In this document: one piece after another, positions 1 through 9,629 of the stretch | How positions within the stretch are numbered: the first letter of the stretch is position 1 | Layout of the letters: the number at the start of each line of letters is the position of its first letter | Source of the DNA: an uncultured Spirochaetota bacterium | Lineage (GTDB): Bacteria > Spirochaetota > Brevinematia > Brevinematales > JAOACQ01 | NCBI GenBank assembly: GCA_963835575.1 | Contig: CAWIGG010000002.1 | Span: forward strand, 800,001 to 864,000 | Length of the DNA stretch: 64,000 nt | Direction of reading: 5' to 3' | Program-made: the position numbers and the translations under genes | The notes under the pieces: generated by a model | What the model saw: the letters and a program-made list of their open reading frames with translations, nothing else | What the model was told of the DNA's origin: nothing | Databases searched by the model: none

Positions 1-555
1 AGGGCATTATCTAAAAATGAAGTAAATACACAGACTACAAATGATTCTCAGCAAAAAAACAAGGAACCATTAAAGAATAAAGAGATCATTCAGATCCCTG
101 CCGATAACCTTTTTCAAAACGGAGATTTTAACCAGGGTAAAGACGGATGGCAGTTATGGACCGGAGAGGGCGGAGTGGGAAGATTTGAGATTGATCAGTT
201 TTCCAGGCTGAACGGTATCAACAGCGCAAAAATTCAGGTATTAGTCGTTGGTAATTACGATTGGAGCGTTCATTTACGGCAGCATTTTCAAACAAAAACC
301 AATAAAGCTTATATTCTCAGTTTTATGGCAATGGCTGATGACAATATTGAGTTTTTTACCTCATTAGTTGAAGATAAAGAGCCTTTTAAGCCATTATTGG
401 TAAAGACAGTTAAAGCCGGTCCTGATCCTCAGGTTTTTACATATACTAATGATTATCCATCATGGAATTCAGGTAATATGATGATTAATATGTGTTTTGG
501 CAAATTAGGAAAAAGAACAATCTGGCTTGACGTTATTTCACTGGCGGAGAAATAA
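1..555 (+). CDS. 5'-truncated protein with carbohydrate-binding (CBM4/9-like) domain
   Basis: Frame 1 is open from base 1 (RALSKNEV...NLFQNGDFNQGKDGWQLW...) into the 175..555 ORF; NL.NGDF...W is typical of CBM_4_9 starts. Confidence 0.6.
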   Translation, partial: RALSKNEVNTQTTNDSQQKNKEPLKNKEIIQIPADNLFQNGDFNQGKDGWQLWTGEGGVGRFEIDQFSRLNGINSAKIQVLVVGNYDWSVHLRQHFQTKTNKAYILSFMAMADDNIEFFTSLVEDKEPFKPLLVKTVKAGPDPQVFTYTNDYPSWNSGNMMINMCFGKLGKRTIWLDVISLAEK

Positions 556-567
556 AAATCTATTTAA

Positions 568-2685
568 TCATCCATTTTCGTCTGTTTTTTTAATGGGCTT
601 AAATGTTTTTTCAACCCTGGCATCTATACCGGCTTCCTTCTTTTTAATCAACTGATAGATATTCTCAAAACTGTCCGGAGCTTTTCTTTTGGTCTTTCCC
701 TTTACAAGCCTGTATGATTGATCATCTCTCAGTTCCCAGAGATTTGTGCAGTCCTCAAACTGCAGATCCAGGATTTTCTTTATAAACGAACCGTTGTTTT
801 CGTCTTTGACAGGGAACAGGATTTCTATTCTTCTATCCAGATTGCGTTCCATCCAGTCCGCGCTGGAAAGATAATACTCATCTTCGCCGTTATTATAAAA
901 ATAATAAATCCTCGAATGCTCAAGATACCTGCCGATCAGGCTGACGATTGAAATATTATCGCTCAAATTTTTTATTCCCGGGACCAGCGAGCAGATACCC
1001 CTGACAATTAGGCTGATTTTAACGCCGGCCTGTGAAGCCTCGTATAGATGCCTTATGATTTCAATGTCGGATAGCGAATTCATTTTCGCGGTAATTTTCG
1101 CCTTCAGGCCGTTTTTCGCGTTTTCCTTTTCCCTGTCAATCAGGCGCAGGAATTTCATCCTGAGATCGACAGGCGCCAGCGTGATTTCATTCCATTTTTC
1201 GGCCAGAGAAAAACCCGTCAGGAGGTTGAAGAGTGAGGAAATATCTTCCGCCGTTTTATCATTTGAGGAAAAAAAACTGAAATCGCTGTAAAGACGGGCC
1301 GTTATTTCGTTATAATTACCGGTAGCCAGGTGGACATAGCGCTTCAGCCTGCTTTTTTCCTTTCTGATGATGAGCAGGGCTTTGGCATGGGTTTTATAAC
1401 CGGCCACTCCATATGTCACATGGGCGCCGGCGTCTTCCAGTTTTCGGGCCCATTCAATATTCCTCTTTTCATCGAAGCGCGCTTTAAGCTCATCTATGAC
1501 GGTGACATACTTGCCGTTTTCCGCCGCGCGGATCAACGCCGGGATTATTTCCGACAAAGGACTGGTCCTGTAGAGGGTCTGTTTAATGGCTATTACTTCC
1601 GGGTCATCCGCGGCCTGGCAGATCAGTTCGACAACGGGATCATAGGAATGATAGGGATGAAAGAGGAGAACATCATTATTCTTGATCACATTAAATATAT
1701 TTTTATTTTTCAAAATACGGGGATAAACAGGCGTTACCGGCCTGTATTTCAGCTTTTCATTATCGATTATTTCATAAAGCAGCATCAGGTCTTTTAGATT
1801 TAAAATCCCGTCAATGGAATAAATGTCCTCCTCATTTATTATGTTTTTCTCCAGCAGGGTCTTAAGGATAAATGAAGGCGTATCCTTCTCATATTCCAGT
1901 TTGACAGCGGAGCGGCGGTGCATCCTCTTTATGGAAGACTCGATCTCTTTAAGAAGATCGGGGGCGTCCTCTTCCTGCAGGCTGAGATCGGCGTCGCGCG
2001 TAATCTTGATGACATGACAGGATGTGACCTCATATCCCTTGTATATTTGATTGGCGAACAACCTGATAATATTTTCCAGAGGGATAAAACAGTTTTTATC
2101 ATTCTCCGGCTGATAAAACCGCCCGAAAACATTTGTCGGGATTTCTAAGAATGAAAGCCGGCTCTTTTCAATATCCGGGTTTGCCGACAACGGGTTCAAG
2201 CCGGCGGCAATATAAAGCCGGCCGGTTACCAGTGTGATAAAAGGCTGTGTCGGGCCGATGGAAAGCGGTGTCAGGGAAGGCTTCAACTCGTTTTCGAAAA
2301 AGGGCAGAAGATTATTTTTTATGGGGATGATTTCATCCTGTTTGAGCAGGAGCTTTATCCCGATTTTATTGAGTTCCGGGATGATCTCCTGATAAAAAAG
2401 AGCATACTGCTTATTTATCATTTCATTCGCTTTTAAACGGATCGTTTTTAATTGTTCGGCCGGGCTCCGGGAAAGATTGCTCTCATTATCATTAATTTTT
2501 GCCCGCTTCTTGTTTTTTAATGCGGCCACCCTTACCATAAAAAATTCCTCAAGATTGGACGCTGTGATGGATAGAAATTTTATTCTTTCAAGAACAGGGT
2601 TATCGGCCTCAAAAGCTTCGTACAGGACTCTGTCGTTGAACTCAAGCCAGCTGTATTCCCTGTTGATAAGGGGATATTCGTTCAT
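568..2685 (-). CDS. ppk1: Polyphosphate kinase 1
   Basis: NREYSWLEFNDRVL, SNLEEFFMVRVA, HPYHSY, KQTLYRT, ELKARFDE, HLATGNYN, GRYLEHSRIY, SADWMERNLDRRIE motifs. Confidence 0.97.
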   Translation of the reverse strand: MNEYPLINREYSWLEFNDRVLYEAFEADNPVLERIKFLSITASNLEEFFMVRVAALKNKKRAKINDNESNLSRSPAEQLKTIRLKANEMINKQYALFYQEIIPELNKIGIKLLLKQDEIIPIKNNLLPFFENELKPSLTPLSIGPTQPFITLVTGRLYIAAGLNPLSANPDIEKSRLSFLEIPTNVFGRFYQPENDKNCFIPLENIIRLFANQIYKGYEVTSCHVIKITRDADLSLQEEDAPDLLKEIESSIKRMHRRSAVKLEYEKDTPSFILKTLLEKNIINEEDIYSIDGILNLKDLMLLYEIIDNEKLKYRPVTPVYPRILKNKNIFNVIKNNDVLLFHPYHSYDPVVELICQAADDPEVIAIKQTLYRTSPLSEIIPALIRAAENGKYVTVIDELKARFDEKRNIEWARKLEDAGAHVTYGVAGYKTHAKALLIIRKEKSRLKRYVHLATGNYNEITARLYSDFSFFSSNDKTAEDISSLFNLLTGFSLAEKWNEITLAPVDLRMKFLRLIDREKENAKNGLKAKITAKMNSLSDIEIIRHLYEASQAGVKISLIVRGICSLVPGIKNLSDNISIVSLIGRYLEHSRIYYFYNNGEDEYYLSSADWMERNLDRRIEILFPVKDENNGSFIKKILDLQFEDCTNLWELRDDQSYRLVKGKTKRKAPDSFENIYQLIKKKEAGIDARVEKTFKPIKKTDENG

Positions 2686-4220
2686 AGTGCTCTCTCAATA
2701 ACAACCTGAATCCCGAAAAAGTTCTCCAGCAGATCGCTTTTCTTTTTCACGGAATTTTTGATGATATCCAGAAAATCATAACGGTTGTCTTTTATCTTAA
2801 TGAGGATTTCGCACCTGTCGGCCGTCAGGTTTACTTTAAGGTCTTCGACAATCTGGGCATGCGTATTATCCAGCGCGTCCGCTATCCGGAGGATGCCCGC
2901 CATGCGTGAAATAATCATTCTGTCTTCAAGCGGGAGTTCTATATAATCCGCATGGGTCGGCTTTGGCGGTGATTTTCTATGGTAGCGGGATATCTGAGCG
3001 ATGATCTTCATTTCCGCTTTCTGCAGGCCTATTATTTCAGAGGATGAGATCAACTGGGCCGAGTATTTATTATGACTGCTGGCGCCGACAAAAAAGCCGA
3101 TATCATGCAGTAAGCCGGCAACCTCTAAATATATTCCCTCACGCTCGCTGAAATCATAAATATTTTTGAGCCCTTCAAAGATTTTCATCGCCAGACGCGT
3201 CACGATAAAAGCATGTTCCTTGTCGTATTGATATTTCTTTCCAAGGGCCAGCGCGGACGAAATAATATTGTCCCGGATTTCCTTTTTGATCGCTTTATTC
3301 TTCGTAAACGCTATTTTATAGAGCTTGAAAAAAGAAGGGCTGATGTCAGGAATCAGTATGTAATTTGATGAGGTCAGGTTATAAAACATGCCGAAAAGGA
3401 GAAAGGCCACCTTGGATGTTTTCAGCAGCGTTTCGTTCAAATCGAATTTTTCCTTCATTTTTTCAAGGCTCATTTTTTCTATCTGCGTCAGCATCTTATT
3501 GAATTCCTTTCTGGGGATTTTATAAAAGCCTTTAAGCAGGAAATCCTGGAACAGTTTCTGAATGAGAAGAAGTATATCGTCATTAATGCCGATGAAACCG
3601 TTGATTTTTTTGATATCCGGGAATCTTTTCAGCGTATTGACAAAACTCATCGGGAAAGGATTGAGGGTAAATTGAAAATTATCGTTAAAATTATATTCTT
3701 TGACAAATTTGATGGTGCCGATATGATGGGTTTCGGAGAAGACTATCCTGCCTTTTGACTGCAGTACTATATGGGTTGAACCGGCGCCTATGGAAAAGAG
3801 AATAAAGTTTTTCTTGAGGAACCCGTATTTTTCCTTTATCAGGTTTTTAATCCCTTCATAAACGATTTCCGTTTCCTCGGATGAATCAATGGTTTCCACT
3901 TTTATGGAGGTCGCTTTTTTTATTCTTTCCAGCAAAACATCGCTGTTACCGGCGGCCTGTATATTGCCGGTTATATAAGTTTTAAAGTTGTTGACACGGA
4001 AGGAATGGAGAGATTCCTTGTACTTTTTGATAATCTGTATCGCTTCCTGGATCGTCTGGTTCGAAATGACCCCTTTATTGAGGATATCCTTGCCGATGGA
4101 AATATTATTCCAGAGATACTCTATGGGATAAACATTCTTTTTTTTTGTGACTTCGGCGATATGCATTTTGATGGTATGCGAACCGATATCGATAACCGCT
4201 ATGAGACGGTCTTTTTTCAT
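2682..4220 (-). CDS. ppx: Exopolyphosphatase Ppx/GppA family with C-terminal HD domain
   Basis: N-terminal VIDIGS, IGAGST; LLHDIG and RYHRK HD-domain motifs; 4-bp overlap with ppk1. Confidence 0.9.
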   Translation of the reverse strand: MKKDRLIAVIDIGSHTIKMHIAEVTKKKNVYPIEYLWNNISIGKDILNKGVISNQTIQEAIQIIKKYKESLHSFRVNNFKTYITGNIQAAGNSDVLLERIKKATSIKVETIDSSEETEIVYEGIKNLIKEKYGFLKKNFILFSIGAGSTHIVLQSKGRIVFSETHHIGTIKFVKEYNFNDNFQFTLNPFPMSFVNTLKRFPDIKKINGFIGINDDILLLIQKLFQDFLLKGFYKIPRKEFNKMLTQIEKMSLEKMKEKFDLNETLLKTSKVAFLLFGMFYNLTSSNYILIPDISPSFFKLYKIAFTKNKAIKKEIRDNIISSALALGKKYQYDKEHAFIVTRLAMKIFEGLKNIYDFSEREGIYLEVAGLLHDIGFFVGASSHNKYSAQLISSSEIIGLQKAEMKIIAQISRYHRKSPPKPTHADYIELPLEDRMIISRMAGILRIADALDNTHAQIVEDLKVNLTADRCEILIKIKDNRYDFLDIIKNSVKKKSDLLENFFGIQVVIERAL

Positions 4221-4331
4221 ATGCTTGTCCTAAAAAATGAATTTATACAGAACATTAAAAATATTTTAAATTGAAAGGATAAAAATGTCTAACAAAAACA
4301 GACGGGAAACTTTCCTTTACTGTCATTATTC

Positions 4332-5851
4332 GTAACTATCCAGCCGCATATTTAATAGCGGAGCCGTTCAACGCGTCAATAAGGGCTTGATAAACACTGA
4401 CGCCCATCTTTTTTACTGTAGATATATAACCCCTGATTCTGCAAAAGGCAGCCGCTCCATTCCAGCTTCTGAATGTACCTGATATTTTCTGCTGGACTTT
4501 TATCATTCTGATATCCCGTTCCGCCAAATTGTTGCTGAATGGAACATCTTTTTCCCGCATAAATAAAAGGACAGATTCTTTATATTTTCTTAATCGGTCT
4601 AATAGGCATAAAACCTTGCCCCGCTTTTTTCTGCCGCGTTTAACAAGTCCTTCCGGCTTTTCAGGCGTTGGATTTACAGCAAATCCTTTCGCGATGATCC
4701 GGTCATATTCCGTATCATATTCTATAATCCTTTCCGCCGGTATTGGAAAACTTGCCTCTTTATCATTCTTAATCCTTATAAGAAGATTACCCATCTCCTT
4801 AGCCCATTCCTGACCCATTTCCTCATGTATCCAGATTAGCTCTCTCAAATGGTGTACATTACACAATCCATGACGGCATAAGAATTCCAGATAACTTTTC
4901 CATCCATCGTGGATAATAATACCGGTAAATCTTGTGAGAATGTCCATCGCACGCATCGCCTCTGTGCCGCGTTTGTCATGAGAAAAATAATAGGTAAAAC
5001 GTTCATTCGAGGCAACATGGAGCCATTTTAATAACCCTTTTATCCGAATACCGGTTTCATCACAGTGAAGAACCACTTCTTTTAGTATCAGTTCTATGAC
5101 TTTCTGTTCATACTCTTCTAATTTATTGTAGGTCTCCCGGATAAATCCTTCAATCGTTGCCTTGCTGAGCGGCACTCCCAATAAACATTCGGCGTATTCC
5201 GAAAGCCTTTCATAGGGTATCAACCCATATGTTTTCATATAGACCAGATGCGCTTTAATGTTTTTTCCATACTGTGCCTTATTGGTTATGCCTTCCGGAA
5301 ACTCCGCCGTTACTCTCGCACCGCAATGCGGACAATCTTTTACTTCCGAGCGATGTTCGGTAACTTCCACTTTTATCGGAGGTATATCGAACACCTGCCT
5401 TCTTTCCGTCCGCTTAACTGATTCGGAACTTAAATCAATTCCACAACAGGAACATTTTTCAACCTGATGTTCTATGATCTTATCAGGGCTTTCTACTTTC
5501 TTCAGAGTATTTCCCTTATGTCCAAACTGGCCGCCTTGTTTTTTACCGCTCTTTTTCCGTAAATTCTTTACTGTATTTTGGAATGGATTATCGGAAGACG
5601 GCGGTTTATTGCTGTTATGGCTGTCCTTATTAAGCTGTTCTTCCAATTTCTTAATCTTTTCCGCTTGTCTTTGAATGATTAAACCCTGCTCCTTTATCTG
5701 GTTTTGTAAATCAGCAATGATGCCTTCAAATCGTTTTAAGCAGGCCGCACAGTCTTTTTCTCTTCTATCTTCATTCATGCTATAGAATAGCATGGTTTCA
5801 TGCTCAATGCAAATATTTCATGTGACTATTTTTTAGTGGCTGGATAGTTAC
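4332..5851 (-). mobile_element. IS66-family insertion sequence (single-ORF type), 1520 bp
   Basis: Terminal inverted repeats GTAACTATCCAGCC (4332-4345) / GGCTGGATAGTTAC (5838-5851); 8-bp TSD CATTATTC at 4324-4331 and 5852-5859. Confidence 0.95.
4336..5793 (-). CDS. IS66 family DDE transposase
   Basis: NSNKPPSSD, GGQFGHKG, CxxC zinc finger, LHCDETG, HDG, CNVHHLREL, SNNLAERDIR motifs. Confidence 0.95.
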   Translation of the reverse strand: MLFYSMNEDRREKDCAACLKRFEGIIADLQNQIKEQGLIIQRQAEKIKKLEEQLNKDSHNSNKPPSSDNPFQNTVKNLRKKSGKKQGGQFGHKGNTLKKVESPDKIIEHQVEKCSCCGIDLSSESVKRTERRQVFDIPPIKVEVTEHRSEVKDCPHCGARVTAEFPEGITNKAQYGKNIKAHLVYMKTYGLIPYERLSEYAECLLGVPLSKATIEGFIRETYNKLEEYEQKVIELILKEVVLHCDETGIRIKGLLKWLHVASNERFTYYFSHDKRGTEAMRAMDILTRFTGIIIHDGWKSYLEFLCRHGLCNVHHLRELIWIHEEMGQEWAKEMGNLLIRIKNDKEASFPIPAERIIEYDTEYDRIIAKGFAVNPTPEKPEGLVKRGRKKRGKVLCLLDRLRKYKESVLLFMREKDVPFSNNLAERDIRMIKVQQKISGTFRSWNGAAAFCRIRGYISTVKKMGVSVYQALIDALNGSAIKYAAG

Positions 5852-5887
5852 CATTATTCTTTAAAATAAAAAGGAACAACGTAATGG

Positions 5888-6132
5888 AACCACAGATTTC
5901 ACAGATGACACAGATTATAATTTTGCAGGTATCAGTGAAATCATGTTATAATTCTCAATATGAAAAAGAAAAGAACGGTACGCGAACATATGGTTCGAAT
6001 GTGATCAGAGCAATTGGGATTATTGATGTGGCAAGACGTTCCTAAATAATATTTTAATAAAGGAATAGGAAATTTATATCATCTGTTATCATTCCTTTAG
6101 AAATATCAGTGAAATCAGTGTAATCTGTGGTT
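5888..6132. repeat. MITE-like element with ~28-bp imperfect inverted arms built of 9-bp units
   Basis: AACCACAGATTTCACAGATGACACAGAT (5888-5915) vs ATCAGTGAAATCAGTGTAATCTGTGGTT (6105-6132); no ORF inside. Confidence 0.6.
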
Positions 6133-6227
6133 TCAACTCGTAAGATTGAATTACTAAGATAGTTAAATAAAGTTTTTAGATGAGTCTGAGAGTACCCCTA
6201 ATATAAGCCTGGAAAAGGAGGTTTTGA

Positions 6228-7211
6228 GTGGAGCCTGTCAGATTGGGAATAATCGGATGCGGTATTGCCGCCCATGAACTGCATTGGCCGGCGCTGGAAA
6301 AGCTTCAGGATAAATTCAGGATAGTCATGGTATGCAATCATACCGAAGAGAAGGCCAGGGATTTCGCAGAGATGGCAGGCGGCGTTCCTTATACTCTGGA
6401 TTACAGGGAACTGCTGAAAAACAAGGAAATCGAAGCCGTTGACATTGCGCTGCCGATCCATCTCAATTATGAAGCGGTAAAAAACGCGATCCGCTCTAAA
6501 AAGCATGTGATAGTGGAAAAACCTCTGGCCGCCAATCTGGATGAAGCGAAAAAAATGGCGGCATATGAAAAAAGATACCCCCGTGTTCTGATGGTCGCGG
6601 AAAATTACCGCTACAGCCCGCTTTATAAAAGGGTAAAAGCGCTTATAAAGGAAGGCGCGATCGGCGAGCTGTACGGCGCGTTCTGGGATGCCTTCAGGCG
6701 CATGGACCTCAATGATAAATACGCGAAAACGCTCTGGAGGATAAACCATCAGTACGAGGGCGGTTTTGTTACAGACGCCGGTATTCATAATATCGCGGTG
6801 CTCAGAAGCCTCTGCGGCGAATTCTCTTCCGGCATCGCCGCCATCGAGTGCATCAATCCGGCGATAGGGAGAATGGATTCGATGAGCTTTCTCTTCGCGA
6901 CGACCCATATGGTAAAAGGGGTTTTTAATATGTACTACAGCGTGAACGGGTACAGGAAAGACAGTCTGCTCCTGCTGGGTACGGAAGGGAGCATGGTTGT
7001 CGGGGAAAATAAAATCATTATCAAAAAAGAGGGTGAAGCGGATAAAATAGAGGAAATCCAGAACGACGGCGGGTACCTGGAGGAATTTGAGGATTTTTAT
7101 CTCTCAATCCGCAAAGGTAAAAAAACAGAAAGTACTTTCCAGGAAGCTTATATTGACCTGTCGGTTATGATCGGCGCCATTCAATCGGCGGAAGGAAATT
7201 CAAAAAGTTAA
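6228..7211 (+). CDS. Gfo/Idh/MocA family oxidoreductase
   Basis: GIIGCGIA Rossmann motif, HVIVEKP, GG...DAGIH; AAGGAGG RBS before GTG. Confidence 0.92.
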   Translation: MEPVRLGIIGCGIAAHELHWPALEKLQDKFRIVMVCNHTEEKARDFAEMAGGVPYTLDYRELLKNKEIEAVDIALPIHLNYEAVKNAIRSKKHVIVEKPLAANLDEAKKMAAYEKRYPRVLMVAENYRYSPLYKRVKALIKEGAIGELYGAFWDAFRRMDLNDKYAKTLWRINHQYEGGFVTDAGIHNIAVLRSLCGEFSSGIAAIECINPAIGRMDSMSFLFATTHMVKGVFNMYYSVNGYRKDSLLLLGTEGSMVVGENKIIIKKEGEADKIEEIQNDGGYLEEFEDFYLSIRKGKKTESTFQEAYIDLSVMIGAIQSAEGNSKS

Positions 7212-7232
7212 GTATGAATAACTCTAAGGTTT

Positions 7233-8975
7233 ATGAATAAAAGAATACTGTTTACTATTCATTTATGTTTTATCATGAATATCTTTACCGCGTCTTTTTC
7301 ATTATTCAATTATAACGGCGAAGAAGCCATGATTTATTCCGATTCTGAAATGCGGCCTGTTGAACTGGAAGATGTCAACCGGCTGATTAAACGGCAAAAA
7401 GATCAATTAAACGATTTTTTCAATAAAAGGCTTTCACAAAAGCCGGCGGTCTATTTTTATTCGAGCGTCAATTCCTTTGAGAAAAATCATTCATTAGACC
7501 GGCATTTCGGCGGCCTGTATCAGAATGGAAAGATCACTCTCCAGCCTTTTACTGTATTAAAGAAGAATGGAGTTCTCTGGAGTATGCTCTCCCATGAATA
7601 CACGCACTTTTATGCGGACAGCTTTTATACCAATCTGCCTTTTTTTATCCGGGAGGGATTGGCCTCTTACCTGGCGGGGAATAAAGTACGGGAGGCTGAA
7701 CCTCTTCTGTACGAAAGCATACAAAATCCTTCGAATTTTACAAACGCTTTGGACTTCGAGTATTATTTATACTCATCCCGGAATTATATTCAGTATTTAC
7801 TGACGCAGATGAAGAAAAAGGAATTCCTGGGATTTCTAGAAAAGGCCTCTCCGGCGGACATTAAAAGCAGGTATCTTGATTACTACTACGCGGATTGCGA
7901 TACCGTCAGGGTATGGATCAATCCGAGGAGCGAAAAAAGGTTCGTTATAACATTTAACGGAAACTGCAGGGTCCTTGAAGATAACGGTCTTACGAATATT
8001 TATGATAACAGTATAGATATTGAACATATCAATAATAAGCTTTATCTGAACAATAACGAATCCGGTAATGTGTCGCTTTATTTTAAGGACGGCTTTTCTG
8101 TTGATAACGGAAGGGAGAAATCAAGGGATTACAGGGGGAATTTAAAGATCATTCTCAGTAATCAGAATATTTATTTAATCAACCTGGTCCCTGTCGAGGA
8201 GTATCTTTACAGCGTCGTGAAAAGCGAAATGCCTTCCGCCAGCCTGGAAGCTTTGAAAACGCAGGCGGTCCTTTCTAGGAGCCTTGTGAATTACAAAAAG
8301 AGGCTGAACAGGAATGAATTGTACGATGTCCTGACTTTGACCAGCGACCAGTCATACCAGGGCCGGGGATGGGAAACAGCCCTTTCCCGCAGGGCCGTCC
8401 GGGAAACGGATAAGGAAGCCCTTTTTTACCATAATAGCATGGTTTATCCCTACTACTCGTCAACCTGCGCCGGGCATACGGCGCTTTCCGCCGATGTCTG
8501 GAATAAAAGCCTGCCTTATATCAAAAGCGTCGAGTGCGGCCTGTCGAACAAAATCCTCTGCTCCCTGTCGCCGCATTTTAAGGATTGGGAAAGGGAGATC
8601 ACAAGGGATGAGCTTTCTGAAATAATGAATTTTACGGTTAATAAATTTGAAATTGAACAGGCTGATCCCTTCGGGAGGGTGAAATATATCAAGGTGAACG
8701 AACGTTCTTACCTTTTCGATAACCTGAAAAGCCTGACGGCCAGGAAAAAGGGCTGGGCTTTTTTAAAGAGCAATCTTTTTACCATACGGAGATCGAGCGA
8801 TGGGCTTGTCTATCATATCAGGGGCAAAGGCCTCGGCCATGGCGTGGGTCTCTGCCAGTATGGGGCCATCGAGCTGTCGAAGGTGAAGAACTATAAGGAG
8901 ATTTTGAAGTTTTACTTCAATGAAGTGGAAGTGAGAAGGGTCCATCCGGAGGATGATTTGTACTTCCAGTACTAA
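7233..8975 (+). CDS. SpoIID/LytB domain protein with N-terminal HExxH (zincin-like) module
   Basis: EEYLYSVVKSEM, EALKTQAVLSRS, YSSTCAGHT, GLGHGVGLCQYGA; N-terminal SHEYTH...REGLA. Confidence 0.85.
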   Translation: MNKRILFTIHLCFIMNIFTASFSLFNYNGEEAMIYSDSEMRPVELEDVNRLIKRQKDQLNDFFNKRLSQKPAVYFYSSVNSFEKNHSLDRHFGGLYQNGKITLQPFTVLKKNGVLWSMLSHEYTHFYADSFYTNLPFFIREGLASYLAGNKVREAEPLLYESIQNPSNFTNALDFEYYLYSSRNYIQYLLTQMKKKEFLGFLEKASPADIKSRYLDYYYADCDTVRVWINPRSEKRFVITFNGNCRVLEDNGLTNIYDNSIDIEHINNKLYLNNNESGNVSLYFKDGFSVDNGREKSRDYRGNLKIILSNQNIYLINLVPVEEYLYSVVKSEMPSASLEALKTQAVLSRSLVNYKKRLNRNELYDVLTLTSDQSYQGRGWETALSRRAVRETDKEALFYHNSMVYPYYSSTCAGHTALSADVWNKSLPYIKSVECGLSNKILCSLSPHFKDWEREITRDELSEIMNFTVNKFEIEQADPFGRVKYIKVNERSYLFDNLKSLTARKKGWAFLKSNLFTIRRSSDGLVYHIRGKGLGHGVGLCQYGAIELSKVKNYKEILKFYFNEVEVRRVHPEDDLYFQY

Positions 8976-9024
8976 GGTGCTGCCTCCGGCGGTAGTGTCA
9001 ATGTCTTTTATTAACTTTATATTG

Positions 9025-9402
9025 GATTTTTGTTACGACTGGCAGTCGAGGGATTTGCGTACTTTTTTTCTTTTCGAAAAGAAAAAAAGTACGCGCGAAA
9101 AAAATAAAACAGGTCGAGGCCATTTTCATACGAAGCTGTCGGATTGGTTGGAGGTGTGTCATCCGGCTTTTAAAAAACGATTCCTTAATTTAATAGCCGC
9201 CTTATTACGCTGTCCTTGCCCAGCACCACTTTGAGGACGGGCAATCAAAGTGGTGCTGGGCGTGGCTTTATGCGGCGGTTTTGACATCCTTGTCAAAAAC
9301 ATGTACTTCTCTTCTATTATTATATTAGCGAATGACACGACTATATATCGAGATATTTTGTGTGCTGATTATGGTTTGGAGGAAAATGGCCTCGGGAACG
9401 GA
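9025..9402. repeat. Large palindromic/structured element, copy A (inverted relative to copy B)
   Basis: Core 9191-9298 is 107/108 identical to the reverse complement of 19723-19830; several nested hairpins. Confidence 0.9.
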
Positions 9403-9576
9403 CTATTTTTTTAAAATCTTTTTGATTTTTATTCGTTTCATTGAGGATTAAATATACTTTTTAAAACATAGTATAACAGGCATTCTGTTGCCATATAAAG
9501 TTGTACAGAACGGTAGCGTCCATTCCGTAAATTGAGAGGTTAATGTAATAAGCGACTTTTTTCTTATTACAACCAT

Positions 9577-9610
9577 ATTATAAAACATTGCGAGGGACAC
9601 AGAATGTCCC
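9577..9610 (-). promoter_or_regulatory. Putative operator GGGACA-N5-TGTCCC with TATAAT 11 bp downstream on the minus strand
   Basis: Palindrome 9594-9610; ATTATA at 9577-9582; same geometry as 19195-19228. Confidence 0.5.
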
Positions 9611-9629
9611 GGTGTGAAAAATTTAATTT

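Noticed and set aside
6198..6908. 236-aa antisense ORF and other short ORFs overlapping assigned genes (e.g. 1330..1797, 20169..20633, 26263..26796, 63740..63997)
   Set aside because: Shadow frames of well-supported genes, with no recognisable motifs.
8953..9234. ORF 8953..9234, and likewise 19528..19740 and 19683..20003
   Set aside because: They lie on the palindromic element; the frames are not conserved between the two copies.
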